From: Parasitella parasitica NRRL 2501
Lineage: Eukaryota > Fungi > Mucoromycota
Length of the DNA stretch: 64,000 nucleotides
Assembly: GCA_025201805.1 (NCBI GenBank)
Contig: MU619313.1
Coordinates: forward strand, 34,848 to 98,847
Direction: 5' to 3'
A program made the translations under genes and the position numbers. This document shows positions 24,989 to 42,392 of the stretch, piece after piece. Positions within the stretch are counted from its first letter, which is position 1. Each line of letters starts with the position of its first letter. The notes beneath the pieces were generated by a model. It had not been told where the DNA came from, searched no databases, and saw only the letters and a program-made list of their open reading frames with translations.

Positions 24989-25174
24989 TTTAAGGGATTA
25001 CAGTGCAATAAAAATAAATGAGGGAAGAACAAAAGGAAGCTGGAGCGAATACATGTTTCCTCCCCTTTTATTTACATTTGGAAAGTCTGTTTAATTAGTG
25101 CATATGTGTCTATTAGATGGTGTCTTTGTATATCTATTTTGAGCATTCTTTCTCCACACATCTCACATATTGGA

Positions 25175-26449
25175 TCATGAAGGACAAAAGAAGCCTCCTG
25201 TCGCAGGAGTCGCTATAATTGTCGGTTTGTACCCAAGCCAATCCAGACCAAAAAGATACAGTGTGAACCAGAAATGAATAGGCAGTGAATGGTGGCCCGC
25301 TTCAATAGTGCTGTTAGTATTACATGCTCTGATCAAGTTTGAAAACGTTGTATCGGTGGTATCCCGTGCTTGATAGTTCACGGAAATTGGCAGTTGAATA
25401 GTGGAGATGGCTTTACCAGGAAGATAGACTGCCGTACTGTCATCAGCATTGTTATTTAAACCCTTCCCAATTAATAAGCCTGTCATGGTATCTTTGACTA
25501 TAATCTGGATCCTGTTGAATCTTGTTGTCAAATAATTGCGTCTGTTATCCATGGTAATATTGAGAAGCCATGTACTTTCGAATGCCACGTTACTAATTCT
25601 ACCTCCTTGCTGTGTTTGTGTTACTTTTGTCGGGATCGTGTTTATCGCTCCTTCTATGCGTATCAATGGAATCCGTGGCCAAATAAAGAAGAACAATACT
25701 GCAATCGTAATCACTGTTAGAAATGTCGTTACCACCCACGCTCTTCTTCCGCAGTAACATTGATATGTCTTTTTCTTGGATTTTCGGGCAGTATACAGCG
25801 CTGCTTGCCGCTTGCTAGTCTCTCCATGTTGGATAAAGCAACAACTGCCGATCCAAACGCCAATTGCCGATTCATTTGTTTTTTCAGGCACAGGGTCATC
25901 ATTTTTTCCTGGGATTTCGATTATATTGATCTGGTTATTTCTAGCGTGTCGATGATGTCGTCTGTTCTGTTTCTCACTTGTTTTAAGCCTCCTGCTATGG
26001 TTTGCTTTGCTGTAGCCTGCTTTTTTGTCAGGATTGATTTTGCTTACAGGAGCAATATCTGATGGATAAGGAGCGGTTATATCATAGACTAAATCTACAC
26101 ATGACAAAATGATTTAATATAACTCAAATTAAACTTTTTTCCTAGTTAACTCACCTTTTGTCTGGGGATCCACCGATGATAACAAAGGAGGTACAGTTAC
26201 GGAAACCCGATCATTTTGATTTTGAGGGGCTGTTGTTGTAGCCAGCTTGCTGAGAGTATTGCCATCGACTCCTCCACCGTCGTCCTTTTCTGCAGTTGGT
26301 GTGTTTTGAAAAGTGGTATCAGGATTATAATTACTTGATATAAACCTTTCTGCAATTGACAGTGTCACTGAAGGTCTTTTTGGATCAGATGTTGCCGACG
26401 AAATCGACTTTTTTGCATGCACAGTTGATTTTGCTGATATGGTTGTCAT
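25175..26449 (-). CDS. Type II membrane protein with LEA_2-like C-terminal domain (multi-exon)
   Basis: TM helix ending FFFIWPRIP, then LNITMDNRRNY...IQLPISVNY and a C-terminal C...FFCP. At least one intron near 26090-26150. Confidence 0.7.
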
Positions 26450-26880
26450 GGTTACTTTTTAGGACGATCAAAATAAAATAAAAAAAACAGCTTAAAGAAG
26501 AAGAAGGGAATAAAGGGTTTTTTTTGTTTATCTCTTTTGTTTTTTTCTTCCCCCTTCACAACTGTTTTGCTTGAACGTCTCCTACTAGATATACCTGAAA
26601 ACAAGCATAAAGTTTAAACATAAATATAGCCCCGAGCCAATGACATTCGTATTGCATAACCCATCTTCTTCATGTACAGCACACTTGCGCATTGATCGGC
26701 ATAAGTGATGTACAAACAACTTGTCCATAACAACACCCGGTTTCACTCATTGTACTTGTTAATGTACAAAATTAACAGCATACTTTGTCAAATGACGATA
26801 ATGTAGAGGACGTTTTGGTGGAGGCTTACTTTAAATTTTTCTTTACAAAATCTCTCTGCTTTGCTTTTTCTCCCTTTTGC

Positions 26881-26913
<33 letters not shown>

Positions 26914-26941
26914 CTTCTTCCACTTTGAATTGTGAAAAGAA

Positions 26942-29582
26942 ATGACTGATAACAGCCAATCCACTGTAGAGCAAACACTATACGAAACGAATGTGCAAAC
27001 TTCTTTGGACCAAAACAAAGACCAACAGATTGCTGCAATCTTAGTAGTGGGTTTTCATCACGCTTTCGGCCCAATTGTCGAATTTTGTATACCTCCTTTA
27101 CCATACCAAGAACAGAAAAAAACCCAGCAAATATTAGAGAAATTAGAATTACCTGAAGAATGGAGCTTCCTACCATTTCTGGCTCTTCCAGGTAAGACAT
27201 ACACTCAGCAATACTTACTCAAGCGCAATAACGTTCCAATTTTTCCACATAGATGGTGCGCACCAAAAAGACGAAGATTTTGCATACTTTCATTTGCCAC
27301 CCATACCAGGATGGTCGGTTGCTCAAACGACTCTTTTTGGTATATCTTGTAATAGACAAATTGCATCTAAAGTAAGAGTAATTATGCATAAGCATTCAGA
27401 CTTGATATTGAAGATCTTGCATATAGGATCTATTAGTGAAAACGCCTGATATTACTAGATCTATTGTACAGAAAGCAGTGGTTGTATTAGCTAGACAGGT
27501 AAGATCTGCAATTATCAGCTTCGAGCTAATTCTAATACGAGTATGCAATAGCCAATATTTGGACCTTTACGACAGAAACTAGCGGTGATAACTGCTGCAT
27601 GGTTCAATCAAAGAGATTTCACAAAGCTGGACATTTTACATGTAATAGTTGTGGAAGCAGTACCCTATAAGCGCATTTTTGACTGATCAATATATTAGAA
27701 TCTTTACAACAATTTAAATGGTACATTTCATGGTCCTATTGACGACTCGACTTTATATATGGGTAATTAAAAAAAAAGTTCAAATTCATGCAAAGGTGCT
27801 TGGCTCAAATTCAATTCTGACTTTAGGAACTTCATTGCGAGAATTAGTCTACAAATTTAAATCAAAAACACTCATGCTACTGAAGATATTGCTGCTTGAA
27901 AAAAGAGTGCTATTTTACGGTTATCCTGTCGAAACATTATGCACATTTCAATATTCTCTGATTTCACTGATACCTGGACTATTGCGCAATCTACAAGACT
28001 CGGGAACACCAGAATTAGACACATCCGACAAAAATATAGCAACTGCGGAAGCAAAAGTCTTATCGGATGGCAGCAAAGAAAGTTTATTAATGTATATGGG
28101 CCTCCCACTGCATATATTTGAGAAAGGATCATTCTTCCAGCCCTATTTACCGCTTCAGCAAATCGAAATGCTTTCATCCGAACAAACAAACTCTTATGTT
28201 GTGGGCACGACGAATCAAATATTCTTTCATCATAAAAGCGATGCCAAAATTGACGTTTTGGTCAATCTAGATAATGGCACATTGGAGTTTTACAATCCTC
28301 AGCTAGCCAGTCTTGTGAACCATACACTTGCGGATCGTAGATGGATGGAAAATATTGTAAAGGTTGTCAATGATACATGGAACCAAAATGGTACGGCTCA
28401 CGGCACCGTGTAGATATGTTTGGAAAAATTGTTGACCGACTGCTTTCTATGATAGATCCTAGTAGACCTATGCAAAATACATATCTTGGATCTGATGACT
28501 ATTTGCGAGCTAGATTCGAAGAGTATATATTATCCTTACTGTCCAGCGTAAAGCACGCTCAGGCCCACAGTTTACTAGACAGCGTGTACGACAGCATGGA
28601 TAACGGAGCGAACAGTGGCGAAGAAGTAATGACAGATGAAAACGAAGGTAAACTAGTAAAAATAACAACTGTAGAGACAACCGACACTCAAATTTTCGCA
28701 GAACATAATTACTTGACAGATTATGGCATGAAATGGCTAATAGCGTGGTGGGAGACAAACAACTTTAAAAAATGGAACCAATATACAGATCATGAGATTT
28801 ACGAGATTGTTGAGCCTGGACATCCCGGAATGGGGAACATATCTATCGCCGACATCCAAAACACATTATCAAAGTAAGTTTCTGTTATTGCAGACTTTCA
28901 ACAGACATACTCAACCTGTGCTATTCCTAGCCGACTTCGAGATTTGCAACTTAAACAGAACCTAGCGCCCATCCGAAATACGTTGTCAAAAGCCATGTCC
29001 GGAGGAGCGAAAGCTGTCTTCAGCGGTAGATCAAAACTGAATGCCATGTGGAATGAATTTGAACGTGGTACTAATGACTCAACGAAAGAACAGCACTCCC
29101 CTGCGTCAACTTCACGAAATAGTCTACAATCAGAAAAGTCAATAACATCGCCAGAATCTCCTTCATCAGGGTCAGCTTCACAGCAAGCGGGTCGATTATT
29201 TTCCAATTTGTCTTCTTTTTTAAGCAGAAAAACAAAGGAGTTTTCTCAGGCAATGGAGGTATGCATATTAATATTAAAAGATGGTCTCAAGGTGTGAAAT
29301 TTTTATCAATCTTTTGTTTAATAGGAGTCTGTCTCTGAACATAGTTCACCTTCTAACAGTAGACGAGCCTCTACTGCCGCCCAGAGCCCTAGTACTACAG
29401 TTTCCAAACCTCAGACCACCCAGGCTTCTGCTTCTTTCAACACAGATGTCCTACCACCAGACGATGACGATGATGACGATGCAGGGTCAGCCGCATTTGT
29501 GGACGTTGGCCAAATGTATCCATTCGCATCAGGCAAACATGACACGAAAACCAATGATCAAGACAAAATTCTTGATGTTTGA
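26942..29582 (+). CDS. AVL9: Late secretory pathway protein Avl9 (DENN-like; multi-exon)
   Basis: VVGFHHAFGPIVEF, EEWSFLPFLALPDGAH, LFGISCNRQ, RSIVQKAVVV, FQPYLPLQQ and GSDDYLRARFEEY. Confidence 0.93.
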
Positions 29583-30005
29583 CCATTTTCAAAGATACAT
29601 AGCATTTGAGATGCATCAATAAAAAGAAGTGCAATCGCATTGCGATATCATATAAATGCCGAGTGCGTGTTATATCATTCAGAGTGTTATAAACCCCCCC
29701 AAAAAAAACGGCTGATTATTTAACCTGGCTATATCGTTCTAACAGCAACAGCATTTAGCATCTGCATGCTGATGATATCAAATCAACAAAGTTGAGCAAA
29801 CGATGCCTCAATAAAATTCCGAAGGTTGGGTGCTCTTCATTTTAAGCTGTCATGATGAAGGCTACAAGGATCATTTCAATTTGAACCTTTCTACCAGCAA
29901 AATTTACCGAGAATTTAGTCGTTTATCTTGTTTTATTTCAGATGGTTCATTTTTCTCTTTTATTTCTGTGCATTATTTTAAATAATATACATTTATATTT
30001 TAAAG

Positions 30006-31259
30006 ATGAAGGACGACATTCTTTCACCAACACATGCATTTCTTGATTTTGACTTTTCAGAATTTATTGACAAAAATTTCGACATGTCAAATGACATTTT
30101 TCCGAACACAAAACCTTTGTCTCCTTGTGCTGTCTCCTCTTCTTCCGTTGTAAGCACATCTCAGTTGGACGATTTACTTTCAGACACCACATCAACAAAG
30201 AATGACAACTACTTGCTTGAGCAAAGTCCCTCCTCTGACTATCTGAATGACCCTTTATGGTCAAGCATCGAGGAGTTGGCTTACAACACTACCAAGAAAG
30301 AAACGCCTGTTGTCACGACGCTATCCTGCATCGACACATTCATTAAAAATCCTGACAGTGATCTAGTTGATCTGGTTCACCAGTCTGAGGCCGAGAATGA
30401 ACTATTCCAGAGCTTGATCCTCACCAGCTTGATGGACACACCATTACCACCCCAACATCAGCACCGACAGTACCAGCTCCAGTACCAACTACACCAGCAC
30501 CAACGCCAGCACCAGCACCAGAGCCAGAGCCAGCAACCACAGCATGACCACCCTGATAATTATCGCTATCAACATCGGAATGATTATGACCTGCTACAAA
30601 AGTATCAGCAAGAGCCTCACCTGATGGAACTGGTGAAAGGCAAATATTTTCATAATTCCCCTCAATGCGTCAATCCACCTAGAAAAAGAAAGCAGCAGCC
30701 ATCACAATCTACAACGAAGCGGGCCACCACAAAGTTTGCTACTACTGCAGCAGGCTACTCATCTACAAACAACACCCAGTACACACATAGCGACCAAGTA
30801 AATGCCCAATTACTCAAGGAATTTATTCGCCAAGCAGGCAGAAATGCTAAACATCCTATCAGCAGTCTTGATCCCATAAGCAAACCAGGCTATCTTCCTG
30901 ATCTGCATTACACACAAACAGTGAACGGAAATTATCACCATAATCCTCCTTTATCAACAGCGTATTACAGTTCGCTAAATAGATATTCCAATATACCGTA
31001 CAAAATCCAGACAAACCACAGTGCTACCAAGAAACCCAAGCAGCCAAAGCTGGCGCAACAGCATCATCACCCATACCAGCGTTCCGCAAACAACCCGGTT
31101 GGGAAACCATCAATGTATTCATCTGATATCTCCCAAGCTCAGCTTTTGGAGATTCAAGCGATTTCACGGGCTCAACAAGATTTCATTCGTGCTCGTGAAC
31201 AGCAGGAAGCAGAAAAAGGATTATTGATGAAGCATCATTCAAAAAAAGCAGCGCATTAA
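30006..31259 (+). CDS. Hypothetical low-complexity Q/H-rich protein (single exon)
   Basis: 417-aa uninterrupted ORF with an acidic N-terminus, a QH repeat and RKRK. No recognised domain. Confidence 0.65.
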   Translation: MKDDILSPTHAFLDFDFSEFIDKNFDMSNDIFPNTKPLSPCAVSSSSVVSTSQLDDLLSDTTSTKNDNYLLEQSPSSDYLNDPLWSSIEELAYNTTKKETPVVTTLSCIDTFIKNPDSDLVDLVHQSEAENELFQSLILTSLMDTPLPPQHQHRQYQLQYQLHQHQRQHQHQSQSQQPQHDHPDNYRYQHRNDYDLLQKYQQEPHLMELVKGKYFHNSPQCVNPPRKRKQQPSQSTTKRATTKFATTAAGYSSTNNTQYTHSDQVNAQLLKEFIRQAGRNAKHPISSLDPISKPGYLPDLHYTQTVNGNYHHNPPLSTAYYSSLNRYSNIPYKIQTNHSATKKPKQPKLAQQHHHPYQRSANNPVGKPSMYSSDISQAQLLEIQAISRAQQDFIRAREQQEAEKGLLMKHHSKKAAH

Positions 31260-31486
31260 TAACCTTTTGTATCAAAAACTACTCTCTCTCTCTCTCTTTC
31301 TATTTGTCTACATAATTTACATTTATAATAAAAAGTCTACACAAACATTTACAATACGGATCATTTGCAGGATTTCAGCATGGCCGTGACTCTTTGGATC
31401 AATGATGGCTTAGTCCAAACTGCCGAGACTAATCAACCAAAAAATTATTCAAACAGAAAACCTTTCTTTACCCTACATAAATCAAC

Positions 31487-33140
<1,654 letters not shown>

Positions 33141-33204
33141 ATTATTCAATTCATTTCATGTGTGTATATAATAAATCAAGCACTGCTATAGACAACTACC
33201 TCGA

Positions 33205-35068
33205 TTACATTTTGAGCTGGTCCAACCACTCGCTAAAGTTCTTGGCTTGAATTTCATACTCTTTTCCAACTTGTTTGATCGAAACCCTGCCGTATCAGAT
33301 TCGATAATTAGTGACCAATGCAGAAAATTAAGCATTTTCAATTACCTTTCGTTTACAATTGATTGCGTTTTTTTCAGTTCTTTATTTACTTCTTCTGTCG
33401 TGTCCATCTTGGCCTTTAGTTTAAGTTGCTGTTCCTGAATGTATTGCTGTTCTGTGTGCTCAATGTGATCTAAAACAAGAGCATCATCTAGTGAAATGAA
33501 TTTGCAATACTAAACACAATATTACCTCGTAGAGCGTCGACAGATTGTATCACATTGTCAATTCCATCATGGCATTCTGGTATGTCTTGTGGTATAGGTA
33601 TATTCTGCTTATCCAAAGAAGCTTCCCATTTCTTTGCTAGTTTCTCCAACGTTATTCTAATGTCTGTACAGACGTCTTCTACTGGTTTTTTCGACAGATA
33701 GTTGACTGAATCCATTAAATTTACAATTTCAGACAAAGCTTCTGTGATCGACTATAAAAAAAAAATCCGGCATTTTCATTTAAAAAAGTCGGCAGTTTTC
33801 AGACTGGTAACTTACTATTGATGTATATGGACTCAGAGCATTTTTAATCGTTGCAGCATCGCTAGCGTTATCTAAAGGATCTGCTTTCGCCTTATGCATG
33901 TTTAGACGTTCGAGTTGTAACCTCACTTTTTCCTTTTTAATGTCATCCAGCAGCTGCTCAACCGTTTCTCTGTTCTCGTGTTTGACCTGAACTCTATTGT
34001 TCCGAATCACATCGTTCCCCTTTTCATTAGCGCTTGCCAGCGAATTAAGGTGCTCTAATATTTTCAGCTTTGACTCGAGTTAGTCTTTTAGTTATCCGTC
34101 GAAATCCGTTGCCTAAAATCTTTACCGTCTTTTTTTCGATCTCCTGGATAGTTGCTTCTCTATTTACAGGTGTCTCTGACTGTTTGGATGATTCAATGTT
34201 CTTGATTAGCTCATCTGCCTGAGACGTTAGTGATTGTAATTCAGCATCCACTTGATGGTTGGCAGCCTTTATTCGTATGTTCTTTCTGTAAGCACATACA
34301 CTGTGTTAGGTCATACAAATCGAATCACACAAAGTTGAAGACATACGCTATCGCAGATTGAACAACGGGATCTACATGAAGCTCTCTAATGCGTCGGATA
34401 AGGTTGGTTTCGGCATCCTTCGTCTCTCTTTCTAGATCATCTTTTCTTTGCAATAGCTCATGTATTTTCTCCGTTTGCGCTGATTTGTAGCTCTCGATCT
34501 CTCTATATTCTGCTTTGTCCACTATTTTATACTCGTATTTCGCTTTGTCGACTCTCACATTCTTCACTTGCTGTAACAATGAATCCACCATTTGATTTGC
34601 TTGGTGTTTATCATGTTTTTCAGGCAGCCGGCTTATCAGTTGTCTCAACTGCGAAATTTCTGTATGGTTGATAAAAGTTTGCCGCTCGTACTGCCGCTTA
34701 ATATACAGCTCCAGCTTTTTGCACACCATCTCTGGGGTTGTTGGCAATAACTGAGTGAGATCGCGTCTACCACCGACCAATGCCAATACACTTTTTGGAT
34801 GCATTTCATTCGCAAGAGACTGGTCCTGCAGATGCGCTTGTCTTGTGCTTTGAAAGTGAGTCTGTTTTCGCTTTATTTCTTGGACAGCATTTTGCCTTTT
34901 CTCAATTTGCATTCGGGTGTGTGCTATTTGTGATTCTACACATCTTTTACTATTAATTCTCTAAGAGCCTGAGCTTGATCGTATAATCAGATTACCAAGT
35001 TTTCTTATTTTTAATAATTGCTGCTCGTTTCTCTTTTTACATTCCTGGTATTTTGACTCTTGGTCCAT
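33205..35068 (-). CDS. Coiled-coil protein, possibly augmin subunit HAUS5-like (multi-exon)
   Basis: Series of helical exons from MDQESKYQECKK to EIQAKNFSEWLDQLKM*. The HAUS5 suggestion rests only on overall architecture and the terminal W-containing helix. Confidence 0.55.
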
Positions 35069-35276
35069 GGTTGAAATGTGTATTTGCAGAAGAGCTTGGT
35101 TTGGGTTGTGTAAACCTCATCTTTATAAAGATTCCAACAAACACTCCGCCAAGCAAATTTTTTTTTTTTTTTTTTAGCTTGAAGCTCTGGCACCAACTAT
35201 AAAATCCTCGCCGACATCTCAAGACACTTGCTTTCAAGACGCTAGCGGCGCAAAAGAAGCTATCTCGTTTTATTAG

Positions 35277-36644
35277 TTAATTGGCTTTCTTCCAAATAGC
35301 CCATTCCTCCAAGGTGTTGTCATCAATGTCATCGTATCTCATTATAAAAGCGCCTTCGCCAGCAGCCACAATCTGACTATGTGCATTGTATTAGAAGCAG
35401 CTGTTATTATGAGGTTAATCGGTCACTTACCGACAATCTCGATTAAAGACACAGCATCTGATGGCTCTAGTTGATTTCTTATGGCGTAGCTCTGCTACCT
35501 TTTCGCCAGTTTGAATATTGTACACATAAATGGCGCCATAAGCTGATCCAACGCACAAGCAACGTTCATCCACACTCACATCGAACCTAGATTTGTTTTC
35601 TTTACAGGCAAGTGAAAAAGAATGCAGCAGCTCTTGTGTCTTTGTATTCCAGAAGTGCAACTGGTTATCAATCGACTTTGTTAGCAGGTTGCCCTCTGCA
35701 AATCGAATACAATCAATATGATTGCTGCCGTGCATTTTCTTTAATACGCGCGCTTCGTTTTTGGCCACCATTAATGGCATATTGTCGTCAGTTGTATCCA
35801 TAATAGCGGGAATAGTCCATTCGCAGATATCACCCGTATGGCTCCCAGTTATGAACGTGGTACCTGAGGGATGAAAGCACTATAGCTTTCTTTGATGAGA
35901 TGACGTTTCTGGTGACATTGTAAACACTCACAGATGCAGTCAATGGAGAATTAGCTTCAAATATGACAAGGCACTTTCCTCGGCCGATATCCCATAAGCG
36001 TATGGTACTGTCCTGGGATGTTGATAGCATGTAGTTGTCATTCAGTGGATGCGATTGCAAATCAGATACTGCGTCTACACAATAGCCTGTGAGATTCCTG
36101 ATAAATTGGTCATTTTATATTTGAAGTTTTATTGCTCATACTCGTATGTCCTTTTAAAAGTATTAGTTCCTCAGAGTTTGCTAGACTCAATACATGAATC
36201 ATAGAATCGGCACCAGCCACTGCTAATAAAAGATCGCCTCCCCTGTCAAACCAACACATTGTATCCAGCTTATGCTTGCACTCATCCTTCACATTGGATG
36301 GAGTGATGTCGAAATTTGACATGATGTCTAGATGATCTCCACAATGTTCATTATCGTATATACTTAGCTAACCACATCAGCGCTTGAAATTTATATACAT
36401 ATGCATGTGCCCTTGATGCTTGATTTACCTCGCAGCCTCCTACAGAGCCAAGCACATTGGTTGTATCGATTGCATTTGCAGCGCCATTTTTCCTGCCCAT
36501 GAAAAAGGCGAGCTGTGAAATGCCATGTCCATGGTTTTCCTTGACGATTCTCCTCAGTCTCATATTTCCAAAGAGTCTCACTGCGTGCGTCTGTTTTGAT
36601 GGCGCAGGCAAATCTGGAGATAGTCTGCATTCTCTGCCCTTCAT
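35277..36644 (-). CDS. WD40 protein, EED/ESC-like or LRWD1-like propeller (multi-exon; start uncertain)
   Basis: LKGHT...SHPLNDNYMLSTSQDSTIRLWDI, HGSNHIDCIRF...LLTKSIDN, SRFDVS...VGSAYGAIYVYNI and AIRCCVFNRD parallel EED blades. Also contains YDNEHCGDHLDIMSNF. Confidence 0.7.
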
Positions 36645-36800
36645 CTTGGCAAGTGTGTATACGGTATATTTGCTTGATCAAAGCTTGCCTTCGTCTCTTT
36701 TGAAGTTAGCTGTGACTCTTGGTCCACAGAGGATTTTGAACGACCGGTGAGGACATATCAAAGTTGTTTCTTTCTTTTTACACCAAAAGTTGCTGCCATT

Positions 36801-38870
<2,070 letters not shown>

Positions 38871-39099
38871 ATTTTTAAAAAGGTCACGAAATTTTTGGTA
38901 TAGACTTATGCTTGAAATTTTTCAAAGATTATACAATGAACAAAGTTACTATATATACAACATGAGAAAAAAAAAAAAAAAAAGAAACTAATAAAAAATT
39001 TATATAAATTTATGGTATATCATCTCCTTTTTCTTTCTTCTTCATTTTAATATATATAAATATATATAAATATTAATCATATACAACATCAACATCAAC

Positions 39100-39563
39100 A
39101 TGTGTGATCTAAACTGGTGTCCTGTTTGCGATAAAGCCATTTCACATGAATCTGTAATGTATTTAATAATAATATAGAAGCAAGGCATCCAAGAATTTAC
39201 CATTTTAAACAGGACTCATTATATTGCTCAATTAATTGCTTCACGTTGGACACAAAGAGTCAAGTCAATCCAAGTAAATTCTTAGCATTTCTCAAGCCAA
39301 AGTCTTTAATATTGTATAAAAAAAAGCAAGAGATGAGCGTGCCAAAATTAAGCAAATCAATTTACACATCATCTACTCTATCGAATCAATTCTCTTCCGA
39401 ATTTTTCTTTGGAAAAGCCATTGATGATGACGACCTGCAGTTACCTGAATGCTGTGATTTCTGCGATAGCGTGAAAAATGAAATACACCAAGAAAACCCA
39501 CCGTTATTCTATGATAAACCATACCATACTACATCTTCTCCAATCTTTATACCCATCCCTTAA
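39100..39563 (+). CDS. Ecl1-family zinc-binding protein, copy A
   Basis: MCDLNWCPVCDKAISHES|DSLYCSINCFTLD across an intron at 39154-39212 gives the Ecl1 CxxC...LYCSxxC motif. Confidence 0.8.
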
Positions 39564-42071
39564 TTGTATACTAATATATCCATATTTTCTTTGTTCATTG
39601 GTATATTTATACATACATTTTCATTACATAAAAAAAAAAAAAAATTCATTATCAAGTTTCTTATTCTTGGTTACTTTTATATAGTCTTATCAACGAATTT
39701 AGCTTTGAGGTCTCCAAAACCTTACGGCAAGTGCGTAAAACGTTTCATATTGTAAACTAAACTATAAACACGGTTTCCAACACTGATCTAAATTGCAGCG
39801 TCTGCTGGTAAGTGACCATACATCTTACATCTAGTTTGCATTTGTTCTATGTGGAAAAAAGTCCCGTGCACCTGAGCTATTAGTAAATTTACGTACATCA
39901 ACCCCAAAATTCTCAACGAAGCTAGGTTTTCGAATATCCAGCATCTTTTCTTATACACAATAAAATATATCATGACCCTCTAGGCATCTTAGGCCGCCTA
40001 CTAAACAGATACCACGATCTCTAATTACTAAAATACGGCAGAAATTATGATCTTTTTCGGCGGGTTCAATTTCTCAAAATAGTAACTGAATGGTTTACTT
40101 ACTATATAGCGACTATCTGGTGTATTTGCAAAAAAAAAAGCGATTACTGAAAAAAAGAATAAAGAGTTTTTTATGAGGGCGCTTGGGGCAAATCGATGGG
40201 CTTTGCTACTTTTCAAATTTTGTCGCCAAAAAATGATTAAAGTCGAAAATGATTAGATTGGCCTCAAAATGTACATGTGATTGCTATCTTTGGGCAAAAT
40301 ATCCAAAAAATACATTTCTTAAGCCAAAATTTTGGCATAAAACTAAACTCAATAAGTGCTAATAGATGCAAAGTTTATCAGCGTCTATCAATATAAAAAG
40401 TAAATTTACTTGAACATATTGTTAAAGTGTGAATCTGCGAAAAATTATATACTGTATTGCGGAAATTTTAATATTTTGATTATCACCATCAAAATCTACA
40501 GGTTTCTAACGCCTGTATACGGTATACATTAAAGTTATCTGTTTAAATTTCAGAGATCACTTTCTGCTCATTGTGTGCTTGTTGTTTTTCGAGCAATAAG
40601 GAACAGGCATATACTGAAACTATAGGTTTGAGACTAAATATCAGAAAGCGAAGAGCGAAGAGCGAAAAACGAAAAGAATAGATGATTCCCTATTGCAGGC
40701 TTAACCATCATCAACCCTCCAGCTTCGTTTCTGAAGCCATCCAGTGGGATTCGAAGCAAAGTACAGTCATCCAAAGAGAAAGTAGATTACTGGAATACCC
40801 TCCAGACGCAATTTCGAATCTGTCTTCTACGCTCAATTTTGCATTACAGAAAGAAAATGAAGACTATGATGAGCAGTACATCTCTTTATTGAAAAGTACT
40901 AGAATACCCAAAGGTGTAGTGCAAGAGGCAGAAGCAAAAAGCAAGAGTCCAGAGAAAATTGCAATAATCTTAAACACCGTATATACATAGAATAAAAAGG
41001 CTGCAAGTCCAAAGAAGAATTATGAATACTGGACAGACTTTATGGAAGCTGATGTTTTTGAACACTTGATTCTACCCCGCGCTCTCGCTTTAGGCTCCAA
41101 GCAAATCAATCAAGATACCAGCTTGACTACTTTAAAAGATGAGTACAGAGTTTTAGAGATGGAAAAGAATCTTGGAAAAAAAATAATGCTCAAGACAAAT
41201 GTGCCACGACCAAGTCTCAGCACTTGCTGGTCTTGGCTGCCTTTTGTTTGGAATAACTTTCTTTTGTTTGGAATAACTTGCCCCTGTTTCGACCCAAACT
41301 CCACCACTGCCAAACGCACACAATTCAACAATTTAGCCCTATCTTTTTTTTTTTACAGAAAACAGATAATGGGTTCGCCTTTCGATGGAGGTAGTACTCT
41401 TTGAGGGTAAGTAAGCAAATATAAAAAGTGGGGATAACTCAATGTAAATCGAGCGCTGAATCTTTGGTTTTGACCTTTTGATACTATTGGGAAAGTGACA
41501 TTGGAAATCAAATAATACTACAGAATCCATGAACAAATATGTGCCTCTTGGTGAACAATGCAATGTTGTTACCAAATCTGTTTGTATACAAGTAAGTATG
41601 TGGTCATTGTGTTTGCAGCAGATGTCTATACAACCGCTTGATGAGTAACACCAACTGCTTTTCAAAATGGACGCTCGAGCCTTATTGCTTAGTACATCCC
41701 AGCATACAGTCCTTTATCAAACAGATCATAAATAAGATGTAAACAAGCGCCTATCAGATTCGTGCACTATGCGTGTATATGTATATGGGTTTGTGCCTGA
41801 CCTGAAATCCAGGATAATGTTTGCTAATGACTCACAGACTCCAAACCATTCTTTTTCATATTTTTTCTCTCTTTCTTCTTTCTTTTTCCTGTCAATACAC
41901 CATACTTTGTACGTACATTCATTTATAATAGTAATTGTAAGCGAAAGGTAGTGCTAATAACGTTACACTAACAGAGTCATACTTGCACATCACATACCCA
42001 ACACGTTTCTTTACATATATATATCATATATATGAGCCACTATACTGGCTCACAAATACATTTTTAACATT

Positions 42072-42392
42072 ATGAGCGATCTCAATTGGTGTACATTTTG
42101 CGATAATGCCGTAAGTCCCTTTTCTGTAACGATACGCTTATTTCTCTAGACGCACTAAACTTTCAACTTTATTTAGAAGTTCCTCTATTGTAGTGATCAG
42201 TGCTTAAAAGCAGATGCGCTTCGTAATCACCCTTTGTTCGGTTACAAGTACCCAGAATGCACTAATTTTTTTACTCATCGTAGTCGTAGCGCAATCATTA
42301 TCAATGGTAGTAGTCATCGCTTGCCGCCTAGTATTTTGTCTGCTATTGCTAAAGCCGTCAGCGCCCCTCTCATTCCTTCATCCAAAAATTGA
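42072..42392 (+). CDS. Ecl1-family zinc-binding protein, copy B
   Basis: MSDLNWCTFCDNAVSPFS|KFLYCSDQCLKADALRNHPLFGY across an intron at 42126-42176. Stop TGA at 42390-42392. Confidence 0.82.
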
